Shown: one piece after another, positions 42,216-49,538 of the stretch
Numbering within the stretch: the stretch's first letter is position 1
Layout: each line of letters begins with the position of its first letter
Source: an uncultured Spirochaetaceae bacterium
GTDB taxonomy: Bacteria; Spirochaetota; Spirochaetia; SZUA-6; DRHE01
Assembly: GCA_964389305.1 (NCBI GenBank)
Contig: CAYMEK010000007.1
Coordinates: forward strand, 12,911-76,910
Length of the DNA stretch: 64,000 nucleotides
Direction: 5' to 3'
Made by a program: the position numbers and the translations under genes
Notes under the pieces: generated by a model
Told to the model about the DNA's origin: nothing
Database searches by the model: none
What the model saw: only the letters and a program-made list of their open reading frames with translations

Positions 42216-44334
42216 TTTCCCCTCCTTTGGGAAACTCCAGGGTCACGACCGTGCCGTTGCGCCGGCCCGCGCTCACACTGATCGTGCCGCCGTGCCTTTT
42301 CATAATCTTGGAGCTCAGGAACAGTCCCAGTCCAGTGCTGTTCTTGTTGGTTACGAACGGATCGAAGAGCCGCTCTATTATGGCTTTTTCCATTCCCTTT
42401 CCGTTGTCCTCGACGTCGATACGAACCCGATCCTCGGCGGAGTCTATCGACAGCCGAATGCGGCCATGGTCGTGGTCTATCGACTGGATGGCGTTGTTGA
42501 GAACATTGAAGAAAACCTGCTTCAGGGAATCGGGATTGCCCGTAACCCGGGTGTCTTCCCCTTTTAAACGAATCCGAGCCTCGATCCTGCGCTGCTTCAG
42601 CTTGGGGCTGAACAGCTCCACGATCTCCTCGGCCAGAGCGGCCAGGGCGACCTCCCGCATTTCGGCGCTCTCGTCACGGGAGATATGCAGCAGCTTCTCG
42701 ACCAGGGAATTGATTCTCCTGACCTCGGACTCGATGCGCGTGATGTATTCCCGTTGCTCTTGCGCTGACAGCTGCCCGGTGGCGATCAACTGTACATGGT
42801 TGAGAATGACGCCCATGGGATTACCGATCTCATGGGCGATCCCCGCCGCCAGCTTGCCGATTTCCGCCAGCTTTTCCGACTGGACCACCGCCCGTTCCAT
42901 GTTAAGGTGCTCGGTGATATCGACAATCACTACTACGGTCCCGGTGATATCCTTGCTGCCATCCCCCACCGGAAAGAAATCTAAAGAATAGCTCTTGCAT
43001 CCGGTCTCCAGCCTGGCTATGTGTTCGGGCTGTCCGTCCCGGAACACATCCTCGAGCTTGGCGGTAATCTGGTCACGATGCTCGGAGAAGAAAGGGATGG
43101 AAAAAAAGGCGAGGCCCCCCGCCGGCTCGGGCAGATTGAGGCTGCTCTGGGCACTCTGGTTGGCCAGGACCAGGTTGTACTGGCGATCGATGACCAGGGT
43201 GGTGAGAAGCAGGCTCTGGAACACGGCGTCGATGTAGCTGTTCAGCAGAGTCAGCTCCCGGTTACTCGTCTCGAGCCGCTCATGGTTCTCCTTCAAGGTC
43301 AGGGTCATCGAGTTGAAGGCCGAGGCGAGACTGCCCAATTCGTCGCTGCGCCCGACGCCGATCTGGTGGCCGTAGTCCCCTCCGGATACGGCCCTGGTGG
43401 CGCTCACCAGCTGCCTGATCCCCCCGATCAGGTCGATGCCCCAAAGATAGAAGGTGAGAACAGGGATGAGAATGCAGAACATCGTGATAATGGATAAAAG
43501 CACGGTAAGCTGCCGGTTGCGGAAGAAGGAGCTTTTCGGCGCGCCGACCACAAGCGTACCGGTGACGCCGTTTCCTATATCGAAGTTGGACAGCACAATG
43601 TTGTACTCCTGTCCCTGGGAGCGGTAGGAGCTGTGGGTCAGTGTATCGGGTTCACTGGAATTCCTGGCGGGCAGCTCCTGGATATCGGGTAGGGAGGAGA
43701 ACAGAAAGCGCCCCCTGGTATACAGGGCGAAGCGCACTCCGTACTGGAGAGACAGCATGGAAAAGAAATTGGTGTCGAAACTTTTTTGCAGCAGAACGAG
43801 CCCTATCTCGTTGTTGGACACGTAAACCGGCGCAATGGCGTTCAGATAGATCCCATCGGAGTACAGGTAGAAGTAGGTTTGATTGAGGTATTTACTGACC
43901 GATTCGAAATAGATTACATCGGGAATGTTCGTCGAGCGGCCCACGACCGCAACCTCCACGTACTTGTCGTAGCCTCTCCTGTACACGGCTACGCTCTCCA
44001 ACTGCCTGGTAAGGGAAAACTTCTCGATTTCATTCTTCAGGGGGATGATGTCTATCTGGAGGGTCGAGGAATCGATCTGGTCCCAGTATTTGCTGTACAC
44101 GTACAACTTGCTGCGTACATAGTCTTCAACGGCCAGACGTGAAAGCGCCCTGGAATAACGTTCCTGTATTTCCATCACGTTGTTGCTGATCTCCAGGGCT
44201 ACCTCCTCCAACATCTCGCGCTCCGAGATGACGCCGCTGCGGTAGACAAAGACGCCGGCGAACAGGGCGATACCCATAATGGGGACGATGATGGCCACAA
44301 GTGCGAAAAGAAGAAGTTTCGGGCGCAGTTTCAC
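42193..44334 (-). CDS. Sensor histidine kinase (periplasmic domain, HAMP, PAS, HisKA, HATPase_c)
   Basis: 713 aa with a GTG start overlapping the upstream stop (GTGA). H-box AAGIAHEIGNPM, plus N and G boxes DNGKGM and GLGLFLS. Confidence 0.85.
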   Translation of the reverse strand: MKLRPKLLLFALVAIIVPIMGIALFAGVFVYRSGVISEREMLEEVALEISNNVMEIQERYSRALSRLAVEDYVRSKLYVYSKYWDQIDSSTLQIDIIPLKNEIEKFSLTRQLESVAVYRRGYDKYVEVAVVGRSTNIPDVIYFESVSKYLNQTYFYLYSDGIYLNAIAPVYVSNNEIGLVLLQKSFDTNFFSMLSLQYGVRFALYTRGRFLFSSLPDIQELPARNSSEPDTLTHSSYRSQGQEYNIVLSNFDIGNGVTGTLVVGAPKSSFFRNRQLTVLLSIITMFCILIPVLTFYLWGIDLIGGIRQLVSATRAVSGGDYGHQIGVGRSDELGSLASAFNSMTLTLKENHERLETSNRELTLLNSYIDAVFQSLLLTTLVIDRQYNLVLANQSAQSSLNLPEPAGGLAFFSIPFFSEHRDQITAKLEDVFRDGQPEHIARLETGCKSYSLDFFPVGDGSKDITGTVVVIVDITEHLNMERAVVQSEKLAEIGKLAAGIAHEIGNPMGVILNHVQLIATGQLSAQEQREYITRIESEVRRINSLVEKLLHISRDESAEMREVALAALAEEIVELFSPKLKQRRIEARIRLKGEDTRVTGNPDSLKQVFFNVLNNAIQSIDHDHGRIRLSIDSAEDRVRIDVEDNGKGMEKAIIERLFDPFVTNKNSTGLGLFLSSKIMKRHGGTISVSAGRRNGTVVTLEFPKGGEIGLQRQL

Positions 44335-45545
44335 GGATTCTTTTGGGCCTCCTCGTACATGGCGGCGATATTCTCCGGCGGAATGTCGGGCTGTAGATTG
44401 TGTATCGGAGCGAATACGAAACCTCCGCCCGGCTGCATGACCTCGATCCGGTGCCGAACATCCCTCGCAACTTCCTCCGCAGTGCCAAGGGGTAAAACCG
44501 CCTGCACATCCGCTCCGCCGCCCCAGAATACGATGCGCTGCCCGAACTCCCTCTTGAGCAGCTCGGGCTCCATGCCGGCCGCCGAGGTCTGGACCGGGTT
44601 GAGGATGTCCACGCCGATCTCGATGAAATCTTCGATAAACTCATACACGGAGCCGCAGGAGTGCAGGAACACCTTGGCCGGGCTCAAGGCGTGGGCCTGC
44701 TCATAGATCCTGGCCAACAGGGGCTTGACCAGCGACCGGAACAGCTCGGGGGATATCTGAGGTCCGTTCTGAAAGCCGAGATCATCGGCAAATCCGAGAA
44801 CCTGGATGTAGCTTCCCACCGCCTGCAGGTACAGCTTCAGGTCTGCGATCGCCGCCTCGGTGAGCTTCTCCAGAAGCCGGCGGGAAAACTCCGGTTCCAG
44901 GGCCAGGCGCATGAAGAAGATGTCGTACCCGCTCAGGAACTGGGCCTGCTCGAATATGCTCCCGCCCAGCCAGCCGAAAAGCGCCTTGTCCGTGTTCTCG
45001 TACAGGTACCTGGCGGTACGGTGCAGGTACTCCAGCTCCTCGTCGCTGATGCGCTGGGGGGAGAAGGCTTCCAGCTCCTCGGCCTGCGCCTCGGCCAGGG
45101 GGAAGTGGGTCGGAACGAACGATCCGCTTCCCGGGCTCAACAGGCTGCTCTGCACTCCCGCCTCGAAAAGCCTCCAGACACCGTCCTCGTCGATTACCGG
45201 GTCGAACCTTTCGGGAAAGAGGGCCGGGCTTCCGTCCGGAAGCGGATGGGAGATCCAGCCGCCGCCGAGAGAGATCCCCGGGGCGGCATAGTAGCGATTC
45301 AGAGGCAGTACGTCGATGCCCCAGCTCTGCATCAATTCCTGCTCCACCTCGGCCAGCAGCAGGATAATGTTGGTTACCCGCGGTGGATCACCTGCTGCTA
45401 TTATGCCCTTGGCGCTCAGGTGAGCCTTGAGCCTGGAGTAGGCCATGGCGTTGATACCCGTTACGATGGAGCCCCCCAGATCGATCGGAAGGCGGTCGGG
45501 GCGCCGGTGATTGACGGCGGCGAGCACCCGCTCGCGGGAAGTCAT
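44331..45545 (-). CDS. Uroporphyrinogen-decarboxylase (URO-D)-like family protein, function unknown
   Basis: Only the C-terminal 404 codons of the 826-aa ORF are used, starting MTSRERVLAAVNHRRPDRLPIDLGG (typical URO-D-like N-terminus). The upstream part of the ORF is antisense to hflK. Confidence 0.7.
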   Translation of the reverse strand: MTSRERVLAAVNHRRPDRLPIDLGGSIVTGINAMAYSRLKAHLSAKGIIAAGDPPRVTNIILLLAEVEQELMQSWGIDVLPLNRYYAAPGISLGGGWISHPLPDGSPALFPERFDPVIDEDGVWRLFEAGVQSSLLSPGSGSFVPTHFPLAEAQAEELEAFSPQRISDEELEYLHRTARYLYENTDKALFGWLGGSIFEQAQFLSGYDIFFMRLALEPEFSRRLLEKLTEAAIADLKLYLQAVGSYIQVLGFADDLGFQNGPQISPELFRSLVKPLLARIYEQAHALSPAKVFLHSCGSVYEFIEDFIEIGVDILNPVQTSAAGMEPELLKREFGQRIVFWGGGADVQAVLPLGTAEEVARDVRHRIEVMQPGGGFVFAPIHNLQPDIPPENIAAMYEEAQKNP

Positions 45546-45608
45546 GGCCGTGGTTCCGGCGGACCGGCCCAAGGATCGGGCGGCGCCTGAAGCCGGAAAC
45601 GCTCCAGC

Positions 45609-45637
45609 TTGACGGCCGCAATGCAGAGCAGTAGTAT
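45609..45637 (+). promoter_or_regulatory. Candidate sigma70 promoter for hflKC
   Basis: TTGACG (45609-45614), 17-nt spacer, TAGTAT (45632-45637). Implies a 5' UTR of about 160 nt. Confidence 0.4.
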
Positions 45638-45803
45638 ATAGGTAGCTGCCAAAGGAATCACATTTGCAGTCTATCCGATGAGAAGCCCGGGTGGCAATGC
45701 ACTGCGAAAGCCAAAAGCCCATGAGCCGCCGGGCGGAGATCAAACCGATCCAGCCGCAGAATAAAGCTTTGCGCTGGAAAAGCAGAACCAACAAGGAGGG
45801 TTT

Positions 45804-46814
45804 ATGTCTGAACGTGACGTGACACCTGGACGAATGCCCAAGCGGCTGACACCGAAAGCGGTCGTCATCGTGGTCGTGGTGATACTGCTCCTGATCACGG
45901 CATTCTCCAGTTTCTTCGTAGTTGATCAGAAGGAGCAGGCCGTGGTGCTGCTGTTCGGCCGCCTCAACAGGATGGCCGAGCCGGGTCTGCACTTCAAGCT
46001 TCCCTACGGGATCGAGAAAAATTACAACGTGCCCACCCAGGTCGTGCTCAAAGACGAGTTCGGCTTCCGCAGCGAGCGTCCCGGGATCACCACCATCCGC
46101 TCTGCCCAGGATTTTCCCGGGGAGTCGATCATGCTCACCGGGGACCTGAACATCGTGGACGTGGAGTGGATCATCCAGTACCGGATCGTGAACGCTTACA
46201 ACTGGCTGTTCAAGGTCCAGGAGAAGGAGAAGACCATCCGGGACATCAGCCAGTCGATTATCAACCAGCTCGTCGGCGACCGGGCCATCTTCGACGTCAT
46301 AGGAGCCGAGCGGGCCAACATCGAGAACCAGGGCCAGGAGCAGATGAACCAACTGTTCGACAAGTACGAGCTGGGCATCCGGATCACCACCGTGAAGCTG
46401 CAGAACATCGTGCCCCCGGCCGGGCCGGTACAGCAGGCCTTCGAAGACGTGAACAAGGCCATCCAGGACCGCAGCCGCCTGATCAACGAAGGCCAGGAGG
46501 CCTACAACCAGGCCATCCCCAAGGCCAAGGGCGAGGCGGAACAGCTCATCCAGGAAGCCGAAGGGTACCGCATTCAGCGGGTCAACAACGCCGAGGGGGA
46601 CGTGGCCCGGTTCGCCAGGGTCTTGAGCGAATACAACCGCAACCCCGGCGTCACCCGCACGCGTCTGTACTACGAGATGTTCGAGGACGTGTTCGCCGAC
46701 GCAGAGAACGTGGACCTGATCGACCGGTCGCTGCGCAACTTCATCCCCTTCAAGTCGCTCGGCGGAGAGGCGGCCAGCCCGGGAGGAGCCACCGGTACGG
46801 GAGGTGCCCAATGA
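45804..46814 (+). CDS. hflK: HflK (SPFH/band-7 protease modulator)
   Basis: 336 aa with an N-terminal TM and an SPFH domain. AAGGAGG RBS. ATGA overlap with hflC. Confidence 0.9.
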   Translation: MSERDVTPGRMPKRLTPKAVVIVVVVILLLITAFSSFFVVDQKEQAVVLLFGRLNRMAEPGLHFKLPYGIEKNYNVPTQVVLKDEFGFRSERPGITTIRSAQDFPGESIMLTGDLNIVDVEWIIQYRIVNAYNWLFKVQEKEKTIRDISQSIINQLVGDRAIFDVIGAERANIENQGQEQMNQLFDKYELGIRITTVKLQNIVPPAGPVQQAFEDVNKAIQDRSRLINEGQEAYNQAIPKAKGEAEQLIQEAEGYRIQRVNNAEGDVARFARVLSEYNRNPGVTRTRLYYEMFEDVFADAENVDLIDRSLRNFIPFKSLGGEAASPGGATGTGGAQ

Positions 46815-47794
46815 AAAAGACCATCACGGTATTAGTCGTCATCGCGGTCATTTTCATCCTCTTCCTGATCACCGGGCCGTTCTACACCATCGAGGAGGGA
46901 GAGCAGGCCGTGGTAATCCGCTTCGGCCGCATCATCGCCGTGGAACGGGACGCCGGTCTGAAGATCAAGGTGCCCTTCGTGGACAACGTGCACGTGTTTC
47001 CCAAGAAGATCCTGGCCTGGGACGGAGAATCCCAGAGGATACCCACCCAGGAGAACCAGTTCATCTGGGTCGACACCACCGCGCGCTGGAAGATCACCGA
47101 TCCCAAGCTCTTCTACGAGTCCGTGGGTAACATTACAGCCGCCCAATCCCGCCTGGACGACGTGATCGACTCGGCGGTGCGCAAGATCATTTCCCGCAAC
47201 TCCCTGGTAGAGGCGGTACGCAACTCCAACCTGATCAACCAGATCGAACGCCCGAGCGTGTACCAGGCGGGAACGGAGATCGAGGGCGAGGAGGCGCAGG
47301 CCCTGGGAATCGATACATCCATCGTCTACGAAGAGATCAAGAAGGGCCGGGCAGAGCTCTCCGAAGAGATGTTCCAGGAGTCCAGCAGCATAACGCCGCA
47401 GTACGGAATCCAGTTGATCGACATCATCATCCGCCAGATCAAGTACTCCGACGAGCTGACCGAGAGCGTGTACCGGCGCATGATCGCCGAGCGCAACCAG
47501 ATCGCCCAGGCCTTCCGCTCCGACGGAGAAGGTAAGAAGGCGGCGATCCTTGGCGAAATGGAGCGGGAGCTGCGCTCGATCAGATCGACCGCCTACAGGC
47601 AGTCGGAACAGATCAAGGGCGAGGCGGACGCCAGGGCGGCGGCGATCTACGCCAATGTCTACAACCGCAACCCGGATTTCTACGAGTTCTGGAAAGCGAT
47701 CGAGTCCTACCGGAAGCTGCTGCCCAAGTTTCGCAAGACCCTGACCACCGATCCGGAGTACTTCAAGTATCTCTACGATCAGCGGGGCCGCTAG
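46811..47794 (+). CDS. hflC: HflC (SPFH/band-7 protease modulator)
   Basis: ORF 46166..47794 trimmed to MKKTITVLVVIAVIFILFL. SPFH domain, paired with hflK. Confidence 0.9.
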   Translation: MKKTITVLVVIAVIFILFLITGPFYTIEEGEQAVVIRFGRIIAVERDAGLKIKVPFVDNVHVFPKKILAWDGESQRIPTQENQFIWVDTTARWKITDPKLFYESVGNITAAQSRLDDVIDSAVRKIISRNSLVEAVRNSNLINQIERPSVYQAGTEIEGEEAQALGIDTSIVYEEIKKGRAELSEEMFQESSSITPQYGIQLIDIIIRQIKYSDELTESVYRRMIAERNQIAQAFRSDGEGKKAAILGEMERELRSIRSTAYRQSEQIKGEADARAAAIYANVYNRNPDFYEFWKAIESYRKLLPKFRKTLTTDPEYFKYLYDQRGR

Positions 47795-47855
47795 GCTGCG
47801 CCCGGAATCCGGATCTCTGGTGCCGAATCGAATGCAGTCCGAACGGCAACGGCGG

Positions 47856-47886
47856 AAAGGCCCGCGCAAGCGGGTCTTTCTGTTTT
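47856..47886 (+). terminator. Rho-independent terminator after hflC
   Basis: 10-bp stem (AAAGGCCCGC / GCGGGTCTTT, one G-U pair) with a GCAA loop, followed by CTGTTTT. Confidence 0.6.
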
Positions 47887-47918
47887 CCCCTTGAGCCGGA
47901 CAGAGAAGGAGGGCGACC

Positions 47919-48959
47919 ATGGAGCTGCGACGTGAACCGTACGGGACCACGCCGGAGGGTGGGGAAGTCGAGCGGTTTACCTTGATCAACGCCAACGGGT
48001 TGGAGGTTTCGGTGATCACCTACGGCTGCATCCTCACCTCCCTCCGCCTGCCGGACCGGGAGGGACGGCCGGGAGAGATCACCCTGGGCTTCGACAGCCT
48101 GGAGCGGTATCTACAAGGCCATCCCTACTTCGGGGCGCTGGTGGGACGGTTCGCCAACCGGATCGCCGGGGGTCGCTTCGAGCTGGACGGCCGACATTAC
48201 TCGCTGGCCTGCAACGAGAACGGAAAGCACCATCTCCATGGAGGCCGCTCGGGCTTCGACAAGAAAATCTGGTCGGCCGAGGAGATTCGCGAGGGGCGCA
48301 GGATGGGAGTGCGGTTTCACCGCGCCAGTCCCGACGGGGAGGAAGGGTACCCCGGGACGCTGGAGGTCAGCGCCGCCTGTACGCTGAACGACGAAAACGA
48401 GCTGGGCTTCGAATACCGGGCGGAGGCCGACCGCCCCACCCCGGTCAACCTGACCAACCACGCCTACTGGAACCTGGCCGGCGCCGCAGCCGGCGAGGTC
48501 TATGATCACCTGCTCACCCTTCACTGCTCCCGCTACCTGGCCGTAGACGAGGAGTTGATCCCGACCGGAGAGATCCTGTCCGTAGAGGGGACCGCCCTGG
48601 ATTTCCGGCGGGCCAAGCCCCTGGGCCGCGATATCGGCCGCACCTCCATAGGCTACGATAACTGCTTGCTGATCGACAGGCAGGAGGGCGCCCTGGCCCC
48701 GGCTGCCCGGCTCTATGATCCTTCGACCGGTAGAGGCATGGAGATATCCACCACCAAGCCGGCGATCCAGCTCTATACGGGCAACTACCTGGACGGGATT
48801 CCCGGGGCGGGAGGCGCGGTTTTCCGGCGGCACGAGGCCGTCTGCCTGGAAACGGAGCTTTACCCCGACGCGGTGAACCACCCCGGCTTCCCCACGGCGA
48901 TCCTGCGGCCCGGAGAGGTGTACCATCACGTGACCCGGCAGCGCTTCTTTGTGGAATGA
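47919..48959 (+). CDS. galM: Aldose 1-epimerase (galactose mutarotase)
   Basis: 346 aa with HLHGG, NLTNHAYWNL and ETELYPDA motifs typical of the family. GAAGGAGGG RBS. Confidence 0.9.
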   Translation: MELRREPYGTTPEGGEVERFTLINANGLEVSVITYGCILTSLRLPDREGRPGEITLGFDSLERYLQGHPYFGALVGRFANRIAGGRFELDGRHYSLACNENGKHHLHGGRSGFDKKIWSAEEIREGRRMGVRFHRASPDGEEGYPGTLEVSAACTLNDENELGFEYRAEADRPTPVNLTNHAYWNLAGAAAGEVYDHLLTLHCSRYLAVDEELIPTGEILSVEGTALDFRRAKPLGRDIGRTSIGYDNCLLIDRQEGALAPAARLYDPSTGRGMEISTTKPAIQLYTGNYLDGIPGAGGAVFRRHEAVCLETELYPDAVNHPGFPTAILRPGEVYHHVTRQRFFVE

Positions 48960-49067
48960 GTGCCTGGGCTCCGGTGGGTGCCTGCACTCTGGTGAGTGCC
49001 TGCACTCTGGTGGGTGCCTGCACTCCGGTGAGTGCCTGCACTCCGGTGAGTGCCTGGGCTCTGGTGA
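48960..49067. repeat. Tandem repeat, 6 copies of an 18-bp unit GTGCCTG(C/G)(A/G)CTC(C/T)GGTG(A/G)
   Basis: Counted directly. Units start at 48960, 48978, 48996, 49014, 49032 and 49050. Begins 1 nt after the galM stop, in the convergent intergenic region. Confidence 0.95.
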
Positions 49068-49084
49068 GCCCGGCAGCTGACTTT

Positions 49085-49480
49085 TTATCTGCCCGCTTGG
49101 CGCCTGATCTCGGCCTGGATGCTGGAGCCTAAGGACTTCAGCCCCTCCACGCCGCCGCTGAACCTTCCCAGCGGCAGTACGGGCGAGGCGGCCCGGGGAC
49201 GCTCGTCGCTGCTGGCCGGCGTGGGCCCGAAGAAAAAACATAGGGCGCGGCCTGCGGGCCAGAAGGCGATTTCGCCCACCTTCATCAGCTCCCGGGCGCT
49301 CGAATCGAGCTTCATGTCCAGACCGCAGCTCCCGTAGTATTCCTCCCCCCAACGGGACATGCGCAGCTCCAACGGTAGTAGTTGCAGCAGCTCGGCGGCG
49401 GCGGGCGAATCGTTCAACTCGGCAGGAAACATCTGTCCCTGGATTGCGATCGTTATTGCTGTACCCATGGCACTATCCAT
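49085..49480 (-). CDS. Cyclophilin-like-fold small protein (uncharacterised family)
   Basis: 131 aa. The pattern FPAELNDSPAAAELLQLLPLEL...GEIAFWPAGRALCFFFG matches what I recall of cyclophilin-like domain proteins. 58 nt downstream of the methyltransferase gene. Confidence 0.55.
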   Translation of the reverse strand: MDSAMGTAITIAIQGQMFPAELNDSPAAAELLQLLPLELRMSRWGEEYYGSCGLDMKLDSSARELMKVGEIAFWPAGRALCFFFGPTPASSDERPRAASPVLPLGRFSGGVEGLKSLGSSIQAEIRRQAGR

Positions 49481-49538
49481 AATAATGGACTCTCAGGATT
49501 TCTCAAAGCCTCCGGCGGCCTTGAGCCTCCCGGCCGGA

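Noticed and set aside
45692-45705. TGGCAATGCACTGC as a sigma54 promoter upstream of hflK
   Set aside because: The GG-to-GC spacing is one nucleotide short of the invariant -24/-12 distance, and the -12 reads CTGC rather than TTGC.
45546-46811. N-terminal 420 codons of the 826-aa minus-strand ORF 44331..46811
   Set aside because: This part is antisense to hflK, which has clear SPFH similarity, an RBS and coupling to hflC. A sensible URO-D-like N-terminus (MTSRERVLAAVNHRRPDRLPID) starts at 45545, so only the 3' 404 codons are called.
48960-49067. Possible CRISPR array
   Set aside because: The units are contiguous with no spacers, only 18 bp long, and there are no cas genes in the window. It is a simple tandem repeat.
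48111-49352. Minus-strand ORFs (413 aa and 175 aa) that read through the 18-bp repeat as SPECRH/TGVQAP-type peptide repeats
   Set aside because: Both are antisense to galM and overlap the cyclophilin-like gene in another frame. No start context or family signal is present. The repeat is treated as non-coding.
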